Shown here: piece by piece, positions 45,176 through 53,966 of the stretch
Layout: the number at the start of each line of letters is the position of its first letter
Numbering within the stretch: position 1 is the first letter of the stretch
NCBI GenBank assembly: GCA_023139105.1
Contig: JAGLOF010000016.1
Location: forward strand, 959 to 64,958
Direction of reading: 5' to 3'
Length of the DNA: 64,000 nt
Source of the DNA: a bacterium
GTDB lineage: Bacteria; Zhuqueibacterota; QNDG01; JAGLOF01
Position numbers and translations under genes: made by a program
The notes under the pieces: generated by a model
What the model was told of the DNA's origin: nothing
The model's database searches: none
The model's input: the letters and a program-made list of their open reading frames with translations, nothing else

Positions 45176-45407
45176 AGATTGCCACGGCACAGAACGCCTC
45201 GCAATGACACATACGGACTTAACGCTCTGCCGGGGAGCCGTTTGTGCAGGCAACAGCGGCAGTCCCATCAAGGCTCCACCAGCATTCATCAATATCTTTC
45301 AGGCAGGGCAGGGCGGCTTCGTGGTCTTCGTGTTCTCTGTGCGAGTGCTCTTTTTCGTTTTTTTCGCTCTTTTCCGTAGGCAATGTTCCTGCTCTTCTTT
45401 CATTTTA
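45176..45407. repeat. ~230-bp direct repeat, left copy (empty site for the MITE-like insertion)
   Basis: agattgccacggcacagaacgcctcgcaatgacacatacggacttaacg ... cagggcagggcggcttcgtggtcttcgtg ... ttcctgctcttctttcatttta aligns with 51574-51967 at roughly 85-90 percent, apart from the insertion. Confidence 0.85.
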
Positions 45408-45690
45408 AATTTTATATCCGTACGCATCTGTGATAAGCTCTGGCAAAATTTAGTATTTACCCACACGATTCAACAGAGCCTTTATTCTATTAAAATTAGA
45501 ATACCACATAAGAAAGAAACTATCATTGTGAGACTTTTTTTACCGAAGCAATCTTTTAGTCAGGACTTTCGTCCAATATACCCGTTATCAAGATCCCCGA
45601 TAAAAACATTCGAGGATGACAAACTTAGAGACTTACAGCAAACACAATTAATTGTGCAACTCCTCAATTTCAACATAAAATCTTTTTACT

Positions 45691-45719
45691 TGACATTGAA
45701 ACTTACGATCACTATCTTT
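45691..45719 (+). promoter_or_regulatory. sigma70-like promoter for the TetR-led operon
   Basis: TTGACA(45691-45696)-N17-TATCTT(45714-45719), ~70 nt upstream of ATG 45791. Confidence 0.5.
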
Positions 45720-45790
45720 CGTACGAATACTGTAAGAACAAACATAAATCGTATATTTTTAACAGTTTCGTCTAATCAGGATATCATTAA

Positions 45791-46369
45791 ATGCCCGAGA
45801 ACAGCAGCAAAGCCCAACAGATTCTTATCACCGCCAAAGATCTCTTCTATCGATACGGCTTCAAACGCGTCTCTATTGAAGAAGTCTGCCGCGAGGCCGG
45901 AGTCAGTAAAATGACATTTTACAAATACTTTAAAAATAAAAATGGGCTGATCATTCATATGATGAATACGTTGAGCAGGGATGCCTGGGAGATTTACGAA
46001 TCCATCATGAGCCGGCAAATTCCCTACAAAGAAAAAGTGGCTGGCATGCTCCGCCTCAAAGCCGACAGCACAAAGGGACTGAGCCCGGAACTGCTTCAGG
46101 AAATCCACAACAGTGATGATGAAGAGCTCAAAGCCTACTTTCAGAAACACACAATAACCAATTTGAAACGCATCATGAAAGACCTGACCAAAGCACAGCA
46201 AGACGGAGAACTCAGGCAAGACATGAAAATTGGATTTATCCTCTACTTCATGAACCACATGTTCGAAATGGCCAAAGACCAACAGCTCACAGCACTCTAT
46301 GCCACACCTCAGGATCTCATCATGGAGCTGAACAATTTCTTTTTTTACGGCATACTGCCCAGGGAATAA
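45791..46369 (+). CDS. TetR/AcrR-family transcriptional regulator
   Basis: 192 aa with an N-terminal HTH FKRVSIEEVCREAGVSKMTFYKYFKNK. Confidence 0.9.
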   Translation: MPENSSKAQQILITAKDLFYRYGFKRVSIEEVCREAGVSKMTFYKYFKNKNGLIIHMMNTLSRDAWEIYESIMSRQIPYKEKVAGMLRLKADSTKGLSPELLQEIHNSDDEELKAYFQKHTITNLKRIMKDLTKAQQDGELRQDMKIGFILYFMNHMFEMAKDQQLTALYATPQDLIMELNNFFFYGILPRE

Positions 46370-46372
46370 TCC

Positions 46373-47545
46373 ATGAGAATAAAAACGATTGTTATCTTCT
46401 GTACATTATTGGGCACGACGTGCTTACAGGGCCAAAGCGTCCGTTTCAGTGGCCAGGTAGATGCCTGGGGCGGCAGCCGCATCGAGGAGCTGGCATTGCC
46501 TGTGCTAGGATTACGCTATGTCCCTGAATTCTATGTGGAAAAAGCATCGGGCAGCAACTTGATCGATGCGCAAGCGTCATTCAATCTCTTTACCTCTCAT
46601 ATGAATGATGGAAATCAATGGTCAGACGACACGGATGTCAAACTCTATCGGACATGGTTGCGCTACAGCAATGCTCAGAGCGAACTACGTCTCGGGCTAC
46701 AGAAAATCAACTTCGGCTCAGCCAGTCTTATCCGACCGCTGATGTGGTTTGATCGTATTGATCCGAGAGACCCATTGCAGCTCACCGACGGGGTCTGGGG
46801 AATTCTCTATCGTCGATACTTCATAAATAACACCAACTTTTGGCTCTGGGCTCTCTGGGGAAATGAAAAAGTAAAAGGCTGGGAAGCCATCCCCACCCAT
46901 AAAACGACGCCTGAATTCGGCGGACGTATGCAATTCCCTGTACCGAGAGGCGAATTGGCGGCGACCTTTCACCACCGCCGGGCCGATCTGGATGAAGGCA
47001 TCAATGCCATCCGTGAGATGCTGGGTATCCCGCCCCATGCAGAGATCACCTTCGCTCCCCTTGGGCAGATTAATGAGAATCGATTCGGACTGGACGGGAA
47101 GTGGGACTTCACCATTGGATTCTGGGTCGAATCTGCATTCACACACCGGGACATCACACTGCTCCACACGCCATGGCAACGCATGACCGTCATTGGCGCC
47201 GATTACACTTTTGGACTGGGTAACGGCCTCCATGTGATGACCGAACACGCGCGTATTGAAATGAGTGAGGCGGCCTTCTCCAAAGCAGCCGAGGGCTTCG
47301 ATTTCACAGCCCTGTCACTGAATTACCCGCTTGGCCTGCTGGATACTGTCTCAGGCCTGCTCTACCGCGACTGGGACAGCGGCAGCTGGTATCGCTTCAT
47401 CCGCTGGCAGAGAACCTACGACGCCATTCAGCTCCACGCCATGGCGTTCTGGAATCCGGATCGTTTTGCCATGCTTCCGCAGATGGGATCGTCCCCGGCC
47501 ATGGCCGGAAAAGGCTTTCAACTGCTTTTTGTATTCAATCATTAA
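46373..47545 (+). CDS. putative outer-membrane beta-barrel protein (unassigned family)
   Basis: 390 aa with signal peptide MRIKTIVIFCTLLGTTCLQGQ, alternating aromatic/hydrophilic strands, and an aromatic-rich C-terminus ...GFQLLFVFNH. Confidence 0.5.
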   Translation: MRIKTIVIFCTLLGTTCLQGQSVRFSGQVDAWGGSRIEELALPVLGLRYVPEFYVEKASGSNLIDAQASFNLFTSHMNDGNQWSDDTDVKLYRTWLRYSNAQSELRLGLQKINFGSASLIRPLMWFDRIDPRDPLQLTDGVWGILYRRYFINNTNFWLWALWGNEKVKGWEAIPTHKTTPEFGGRMQFPVPRGELAATFHHRRADLDEGINAIREMLGIPPHAEITFAPLGQINENRFGLDGKWDFTIGFWVESAFTHRDITLLHTPWQRMTVIGADYTFGLGNGLHVMTEHARIEMSEAAFSKAAEGFDFTALSLNYPLGLLDTVSGLLYRDWDSGSWYRFIRWQRTYDAIQLHAMAFWNPDRFAMLPQMGSSPAMAGKGFQLLFVFNH

Positions 47546-47562
47546 CTATAAACGAGGTTGTC

Positions 47563-48261
47563 ATGGACAATAATCACCTCATTACGACTGAAAATCTGAC
47601 GAAGCGCTTTCCCATGGGACAGACAGAACTCACAGCCTTAAACAACATTAATCTGACCATCCGAAAGGGTGAGTTCATAGGTCTTGTAGGTCCGTCGGGA
47701 TCGGGCAAAACGACATTGCTGAATATACTCGGCACGCTGGATTCGCCCACTGAGGGCAGCGCTGTGGTCCTGGGAAATAATACCGCGGAGCTCTCTCACA
47801 AAAACTCAGCCAAATTAAGGAACCTGCAGATCGGATTTATCTTTCAGACTTTCAATCTACTGCCGGTCTATACAGTGTATGAAAATGTGGAATTCCCTTT
47901 ATTGCTTCAAAAACTCGGCAAATCTCAGCGACACGACATGGTCGTGGATGCCTTAAAATGGGTTGGCCTGGCAGATCGAGCCAAATCCAAACCAGCCCAA
48001 CTCTCCGGTGGTCAATGCCAGCGCGTAGCCATTGCCCGGGCCATTGTCAAGAAACCGGCTCTGGTTCTGGCCGATGAGCCCACAGCCAATTTGGACGCCA
48101 AGAATTCCCACCATATCCTTAAAACAATGGAAACGTTGAATAAAGAACTAGGCACTACATTCATCTTTGCCACACATGATGAAAAAGTCATCGGCTATCT
48201 CAAACGTCAGATCACTTTGGATGACGGGCAGATTGCCAATGACCAGGTACTCAAAGGTTAA
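47563..48261 (+). CDS. ABC transporter ATP-binding protein (LolD/MacB type)
   Basis: 232 aa with GPSGSGKTT, LSGGQCQRVAIARA and LADEPTANLD. Confidence 0.9.
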   Translation: MDNNHLITTENLTKRFPMGQTELTALNNINLTIRKGEFIGLVGPSGSGKTTLLNILGTLDSPTEGSAVVLGNNTAELSHKNSAKLRNLQIGFIFQTFNLLPVYTVYENVEFPLLLQKLGKSQRHDMVVDALKWVGLADRAKSKPAQLSGGQCQRVAIARAIVKKPALVLADEPTANLDAKNSHHILKTMETLNKELGTTFIFATHDEKVIGYLKRQITLDDGQIANDQVLKG

Positions 48262-48279
48262 GGGGAAGGAGACAATAGC

Positions 48280-49452
48280 ATGTTGGCTTTCAAACTTGCA
48301 TTGCGCAATTTGTTCGGTGCCGGTCTTCGTACCTGGCTGACCGTTATAGTCCTGTCATTCTCCTATGTCATCATCATTTTTCAGCAGGGCATGCTGGACG
48401 GATGGAACAAGCAGGCACGACGGGATATGATGCACTGGGAACTTGGTGGCGGCCAATACTGGCATACCGCTTATGACCCTTATGATTTTTTCACGATTGA
48501 AGATGGCCGCGGCCCATTGGCTCCTGAACTTCAAAGCCGGGTCGATCAAGGGCAAGCCACCGATGTACTGATTTCCCAGGCCTCCATCTACCCCGATGGC
48601 CGGCTGATGAGCGTGCTGCTTAAAGGCATTGATCCTAATCAGACCATCCTGGATATGCCTACCGCACCGCTGGTCGAAAACATCACTGAAATCCCTGCCC
48701 TGATTGGGAGACGTATGGCTGAGGCCGCCAAACTGCGTAAAGGCGATGTGGTCACTGTTCGCTGGCGGGATGCCAACGGCACATTTGATGCCACTGAAAT
48801 CAAGATCGTCGAAGTGATGAAAACCAACGTGGGAAGCATAGATATGGGTCAGCTATGGTTGCCCAAATCCCGCCTTGAATCCATGTTGGGCGTTGAAAAT
48901 ATGACTACCTATCTGGTTTTAAAACGGGGCAGCAATGCAACGGATACAGTGAATGGATGGGTGTATCGTGATCACGCCTATCTCATGAAAGAACTCACCG
49001 AAATGATTAAAATGAAATCGGTGGGCGGCTCCATCATGTTTCTCGTTCTGCTGGCTCTGGCCTGGCTGGCCATCTTTGATACGCAGGTGCTTTCCATATT
49101 CCGGCGACGCAAAGAAATTGGTACAATGATCGCACTGGGAATGACAAGGCAGCGGGTGGTGCGCATCTTCACATTGGAAGGAGCCATGCACGGCATTCTG
49201 GCTGCGGCTGTGGCAGCACTCTACGGCGCGCCTCTCTTCATATGGATGGCCAGATCCGGATGGGCCATGCCCGAAATGACCGATGACATGGGAATGGCTA
49301 TTGCTGAACGCATCTACCCCAGCTACAGCCTGGGACTCATTGCCATGACCACGGCCATTGTGATGCTCTCGGTGATTGTTGTCAGTTTTATCCCGGCGCG
49401 CAACATCACCACGTTCAATCCCACCGACGCCATTAAAGGAAAAACATCATGA
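48280..49452 (+). CDS. ABC transporter permease, FtsX/MacB-LolC-like
   Basis: 390 aa with an N-terminal TM, a large extracytoplasmic domain, and a C-terminal FtsX block (RRKEIGTMIALGMTRQRVVRIFTLEG). Confidence 0.8.
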   Translation: MLAFKLALRNLFGAGLRTWLTVIVLSFSYVIIIFQQGMLDGWNKQARRDMMHWELGGGQYWHTAYDPYDFFTIEDGRGPLAPELQSRVDQGQATDVLISQASIYPDGRLMSVLLKGIDPNQTILDMPTAPLVENITEIPALIGRRMAEAAKLRKGDVVTVRWRDANGTFDATEIKIVEVMKTNVGSIDMGQLWLPKSRLESMLGVENMTTYLVLKRGSNATDTVNGWVYRDHAYLMKELTEMIKMKSVGGSIMFLVLLALAWLAIFDTQVLSIFRRRKEIGTMIALGMTRQRVVRIFTLEGAMHGILAAAVAALYGAPLFIWMARSGWAMPEMTDDMGMAIAERIYPSYSLGLIAMTTAIVMLSVIVVSFIPARNITTFNPTDAIKGKTS

Positions 49453-50717
49453 TCCGCTTTTTACTCAAAGGACTGGTGCGGGACCGGCACCGCAGCCTGT
49501 TCCCCATATTGGTCGTTTCCATAGGTGTGATGCTGACGGTATTTGCCCATAGCTGGTTCAGCGGCATGATCAATGACATTATTGATTCCAATGCCAAGTT
49601 CGACACCGGGCACATCAAGATCATGAGTCGAAGCTATGCGGAGAATAAAGACCAGACGCCTAATGACCTGGCCCTGACCGGGATTAATGATCTGCTTCAG
49701 CAGTTGAGAGACGACATCCCGGAGATGGCCTGGACTCCCCGTATTAAATTCGGTGGCTTGATCGACATTCCCGATGAGGCAGGTGAAACCCGCTCTCAAT
49801 CACCAGCCATGGGTGTTGCTTTGGATTTTTACGGTCCCGGCGGTGAAGTCGAACGACTCAACATACAAAATGCCTTGGTCACAGGACGCCTCCCCCGGAA
49901 TCCCGGTGAGATTCTCATCAGTGACGAGCTGGCCCAGCGCCTGGAGACCAAGGTCGGCGATACGGCTACATTGATTGGGTCCACCATGTACGGTGCCATG
50001 GCTGTGCACAACTTCACAATCTCAGGAACGTTGAAATTCGGCATGAAGGCCATGGACCGCGGCGCCATGCTGGTCGATATTCATGACATACGACTGGCAT
50101 TGGATATGGATGATGCTGCCGGAGAGATTGTGGGCTATATGCACCCTATCTATAAAGATAACACCATACAGTCCATCAAGGCTGAATTCAATAGCCTTCA
50201 TACTGAGAACGATGACGAATTTGCACCCGTCATGCTCTCACTCCGTGATCAAAATGGATTGAACGACTATCTGGTGTATGCCGAGTCCATCTCCGGAATG
50301 CTAATCTTTGTTTTTGTCGGCATCATGTCTCTGGTGCTATGGAATACCGGCCTGATTGGTGGAATTCGGCGCTACGGTGAAATTGGTGTCCGCCTCGCCA
50401 TTGGTGAAAACAAAGGGGGCGTTTATCGCTCCATGGTGCTGGAATCTGCGGCCATCGGCTTTGCCGGTTCACTGATTGGCTCCATTCTTGGACTGGCCCT
50501 GGCCTATTGGATTCAGGTTAAAGGAATTAATTTGGGTGATATGATGGGCAACAGCTCACTACTGATCTCCAATATTGTCCGCACCCGCATCACCGAACAA
50601 ACCTACTATATTGGATTTATTCCCGGCCTGCTCTCCACGGTGCTGGGTTCCATGCTGGCCGGTATTGGAATCTATAAACGCCAGACCGCCCAGCTCTTTA
50701 AAGAATTAGAAGTTTGA
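49449..50717 (+). CDS. ABC transporter permease, FtsX/MacB-LolE-like
   Basis: 422 aa with the same architecture (RRYGEIGVRLAIGENKGGVYRSMVLES). 4-nt overlap with the preceding permease. Confidence 0.8.
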   Translation: MIRFLLKGLVRDRHRSLFPILVVSIGVMLTVFAHSWFSGMINDIIDSNAKFDTGHIKIMSRSYAENKDQTPNDLALTGINDLLQQLRDDIPEMAWTPRIKFGGLIDIPDEAGETRSQSPAMGVALDFYGPGGEVERLNIQNALVTGRLPRNPGEILISDELAQRLETKVGDTATLIGSTMYGAMAVHNFTISGTLKFGMKAMDRGAMLVDIHDIRLALDMDDAAGEIVGYMHPIYKDNTIQSIKAEFNSLHTENDDEFAPVMLSLRDQNGLNDYLVYAESISGMLIFVFVGIMSLVLWNTGLIGGIRRYGEIGVRLAIGENKGGVYRSMVLESAAIGFAGSLIGSILGLALAYWIQVKGINLGDMMGNSSLLISNIVRTRITEQTYYIGFIPGLLSTVLGSMLAGIGIYKRQTAQLFKELEV

Positions 50718-51463
50718 TGGAGGACGCCATGCGCGCACGTTTATTCATAATCTGTTTTCTCCTGGCTATGCCGATTGCCATACTGGCCCAGAACGGCAAT
50801 GAAATACTGAAACGGGTCGATGAGAACATGGGGGCCGAGTCCCGCATCCATGAATCGACCATGATCATACACGGAAGGCGGGGCACACGCACAGTCACAT
50901 CCAGGTCGTGGATTATCGGGATCGACAAATCCTTTACCGAATTCCTCTCACCGGCAAGGGAGCGCGGCACTAAGATGCTGAAGCTGGAGGATGAGCTTTG
51001 GACATACTCCCCCTCGACAGACCGTACGATTCGCATTGCCGGCCACATGCTGCGTCAGTCCGTCATGGGCTCAGACCTCTCCTACGAAGACGCCATGGAG
51101 GATCCGCATCTGCCTAATATCTACACAGCTGAAAAGGATGGTGAGGAGACCATACTCGAACGCAACTGCTGGATACTGAAGCTCACGGCTACAAAAAACG
51201 ACGTGGCCTATCACTCTCGCCGTCTCTGGGTGGACAAGACGCGTTATCTCGTACTGAAGGAAGAACGATTTGCAAAAAGCGGCAAACTGCTGAAAACAGC
51301 CGAAGTGAAAGCCGTCAAACGCATGGACAATCGCTGGGTGGCCACGCACATGGTGTTCAGAGACATGCTCAAGAAAGGCAAAGGAACCGAATTCAAACTC
51401 AACAAGGTAACATTCAATGCCAACATCCCTGCCCACCGCTTCTCCAAGGCTGCATTACGCTAA
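50717..51463 (+). CDS. LolA-like outer-membrane lipoprotein-sorting protein family
   Basis: ORF 50714..51463; the start is ATG 50717 or 50729 (signal peptide MRARLFIICFLLAMPIAILAQ). ILKRVDEN......S.M.IH..RG..R...S......D.KS...FLSP.RE.GTKML pattern. Confidence 0.75.
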   Translation: MEDAMRARLFIICFLLAMPIAILAQNGNEILKRVDENMGAESRIHESTMIIHGRRGTRTVTSRSWIIGIDKSFTEFLSPARERGTKMLKLEDELWTYSPSTDRTIRIAGHMLRQSVMGSDLSYEDAMEDPHLPNIYTAEKDGEETILERNCWILKLTATKNDVAYHSRRLWVDKTRYLVLKEERFAKSGKLLKTAEVKAVKRMDNRWVATHMVFRDMLKKGKGTEFKLNKVTFNANIPAHRFSKAALR

Positions 51464-51573
51464 ATAACTCTACAAGGGCATGCAGGAGTGACATAGAAAC
51501 CACAAAGTGATTTTGCCGGAGTAATCTATTCTGCGATAATCCGTATCATCTACGGGGCAGATCTCCACAAAGA

Positions 51574-51967
51574 AGATTGCCACGGCACAAAACGCCTCGC
51601 AATGACACATACGGACTTAACGTTGTCTCTGCCAGGGAAGCATTTGTGCAGGCGTCCCATCAAGGCTCCACTAGCAGTCTGTCTGACTTAAGGCTATTAG
51701 GCATGTTTTTAGAGATTTTTTTCCTATTCAAGGCGCGATTGAGGCGCATAAAGAGCTTTATGTAACGAGTGAGCAACGCAGAATAGGGGAAAAAGATCAA
51801 AAACAGGACAATATTGGCGTAAGTCCGACAGGCTGCTGGCATTCATCAATATCTTTCAGGCAGGGCAGGGCGGCTTCGTGGTCTTTGTGATCTCTGTGCG
51901 AGTGCTCTTTTTTTTATTTTTTCCGCTCTTTTTCGTAGGCAAATGTTCCTGCTCTTCTTTCATTTTA
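51574..51967. repeat. ~230-bp direct repeat, right copy (interrupted by MITE-like insertion)
   Basis: See 45176-45407. Confidence 0.85.
51673..51840. mobile_element. MITE-like ~165-bp structured insertion with imperfect terminal inverted repeats
   Basis: It is absent from the paralogous site ccaccagcattcatc at ~45286. Arms 51673-51694 and 51816-51837 pair at 18/22 positions. An inner stem CCTATTC (51722-51728) / GAATAGG (51781-51787) encloses two small hairpins. There is no ORF. Confidence 0.6.
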
Positions 51968-51984
51968 TAAAAATTTGGGTGTCC

Positions 51985-52150
51985 CTGTGTCGAAAACAGG
52001 GAAAAACTGTCATCCCTGCATGCTCCTGGCAGGGATCCATCATTTAAAGGCGCACATGTATTAACAGCAGCAGAATCTACATTTTTAATCCTCGCTATTG
52101 TAGACTCCTGACAAGGGCACTCAGGAGTGACATGCTTTTAAGGTTTATGT
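51985..52150. repeat. composite hairpin-repeat block, right copy
   Basis: It contains two perfect 8-bp-stem / 9-nt-loop hairpins: ATCCCTGC-N9-GCAGGGAT (52012-52036) and ACTCCTGA-N9-TCAGGAGT (52104-52128). Confidence 0.8.
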
Positions 52151-52288
52151 CATCCGTGTTCAATTTCTTTTCTATTAATCTCATTAATACATTAAATCCG
52201 GATTGCTTTTCAGGCTAAATTTTCGTAAAATGTAAGTTAATCTTCACGTCTTCAGAAAAAGGCACTTATCTGACGGAAAACTATTTTA

Positions 52289-52837
52289 ATGCCAAGATCA
52301 AGAAGTTGGACTCTCATCCCTTTATTTGCAGCTTTAACGGCTGTCGGCGGTTTCATTAGAATACCTGTACAACCGGCAGCATTTACCCTGCAGACACTCT
52401 TTGTCTATCTTGCAGGCTCCATGCTGCCTGCCAGATCAGCAGCAATGAGTCAAATATTATTTTTAGCCATAGGTCTGGCTGGTCTACCCATTTTTGCAGC
52501 GGGGGGCGGGCCCGGTTATATACTCCAGCCCACATTCGGATATTTACTGTCATTCCCCATTGCAGCATGGATAATTGCAAAATTCAGCGGACGCGTCCGG
52601 TACTGGCAATCCTGGATTACCGGTGTGATTCTGGCACTTGTATGCATTTTCAGCATAGGCGTATGTGGGATGTATTTCAACTTTGCACACATTGCCGGAA
52701 AACCGATACTCTTGAAACATGCCATCTGGAGCGGAGCCATTCTTTTTATTCCGGCTGAAATAGCTAAAATTACTCTGGCAGCAATAGTATTGAAACGCTG
52801 GCGGCTCTCAAATCCCGGAGAAGAGTTTAATGCCTAA
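52289..52837 (+). CDS. bioY: biotin transporter BioY
   Basis: 182 aa; the GGFIRIPV.P..FTLQT.FV.LAG......A..S....L..GL.GLP.FA.GGG...I..PTFGYL..F pattern is typical of BioY. Confidence 0.85.
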   Translation: MPRSRSWTLIPLFAALTAVGGFIRIPVQPAAFTLQTLFVYLAGSMLPARSAAMSQILFLAIGLAGLPIFAAGGGPGYILQPTFGYLLSFPIAAWIIAKFSGRVRYWQSWITGVILALVCIFSIGVCGMYFNFAHIAGKPILLKHAIWSGAILFIPAEIAKITLAAIVLKRWRLSNPGEEFNA

Positions 52838-53966
52838 AAGAATTATTATCTCTGTTATTATTTTATTTCTGACACTTCCTCTGACAGCTCAGAATAAACT
52901 TTCCAGTATACGTAATGAAATAAAGGAGCTGGAACAACAGATTCTGGATCAATCCAGGCGTGAAAAATCTACTCTGGAGACCTTACAAGGCCTGGAGCGT
53001 GAACTTGGTCTCAGAAAAAGGCTTGCCAATGAACTTAAAATTGAACAACGCAGAATAATCAGGCATATAAAGACGACCAGGACTCAGTTGACAAAAACAG
53101 AACAAGCTTTTAATAATCGTAAAGGAGTGATTTCAGACAGAATAATATCACTCTACAAACGGGGACGACTCTCTAACTGGGAAGCTCTACTCTCTTTAAA
53201 TTCTCTACATCAGCTCAGTGTATGGATTAAATACCAACAACGCATTTTGGATCACGATAAAAGAAATCTTTTAATCTTAAAAAGTCAACGTGATTCCATA
53301 CAGACTCAGCAGCAACGCCTGCTTCGCGCACGCAACAGGCAGCAACGTCTCATCACAGAAGCAGCCACGGAATCTGATCGAATTGCAACAAAAAAAACAC
53401 AGCACCAAAATCTGCTCACCCGTGTGCAACAGGACTCAAAATCTCTACAAAACAGACTACGTCAAAAACTTGCTGCTTTTGAAGAAATCAAGCGGATGAT
53501 AGCCAGACAGCAACGTCAAAAAAGCCGGGGACGAGAAATTCCATCAACACAGTTTGCAAGTAAAAAAGGCAGGCTCTCATGGCCGGTCAAAGGCAGAATT
53601 GTTGCCCACTTCGGCATTAATAGAGACCCAATTACAAGAGGCGAGTACGATAACTTTGGAATAGATATCAAAGCCGGAGATAATGACCTGGTACGCTCAG
53701 TTACAGGGGGCGTTGTCAAGGTTGTTACATGGCAGCGCAGCATGGGCAACATTGTAATGGTAGATCACGGTGATAACTTCATCACTGTCTACGGTCACCT
53801 TGAACAGGTACTGGTCGACGAAGAGGATATACTTGAATCAAAAGATATTATAGGCCGTGTAGGTATAAGTTCAAGTCTCTCAGGATCCATACTCCATTTT
53901 CAGGTATGGAAAGGTGAGCAGGAATACAACCCGGAATCATGGCTAAAAAAATCGGGTGGATCATGA
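52830..53966 (+). CDS. EnvC-like murein hydrolase activator (coiled coil + degenerate LytM/M23 domain)
   Basis: 378 aa with a signal peptide, a long Gln/Arg-rich coiled coil, and a C-terminal M23 fold. The metal ligands look degenerate (NFGIDI instead of HxGxD, SILHFQV instead of PHLHFE). Confidence 0.75.
   Translation: MPKRIIISVIILFLTLPLTAQNKLSSIRNEIKELEQQILDQSRREKSTLETLQGLERELGLRKRLANELKIEQRRIIRHIKTTRTQLTKTEQAFNNRKGVISDRIISLYKRGRLSNWEALLSLNSLHQLSVWIKYQQRILDHDKRNLLILKSQRDSIQTQQQRLLRARNRQQRLITEAATESDRIATKKTQHQNLLTRVQQDSKSLQNRLRQKLAAFEEIKRMIARQQRQKSRGREIPSTQFASKKGRLSWPVKGRIVAHFGINRDPITRGEYDNFGIDIKAGDNDLVRSVTGGVVKVVTWQRSMGNIVMVDHGDNFITVYGHLEQVLVDEEDILESKDIIGRVGISSSLSGSILHFQVWKGEQEYNPESWLKKSGGS

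Noticed and set aside
45081-45914. 277-aa ORF on the + strand (and the 85-aa ORF 44953..45210 on minus) spanning the left repeat block
   Set aside because: They run through hairpin and low-complexity repeats, have no RBS or recognisable domain, and show no coding periodicity. The 277-aa ORF ends inside the well-supported TetR gene in another frame. They are translation artefacts of the repeats.
52150-52288. BirA operator upstream of bioY
   Set aside because: There are only trivial AT-rich palindromes (ATTAAT-CTC-ATTAAT). There is no convincing long inverted repeat of the TGTAAACC/GGTTTACA or TGTTAACA type.
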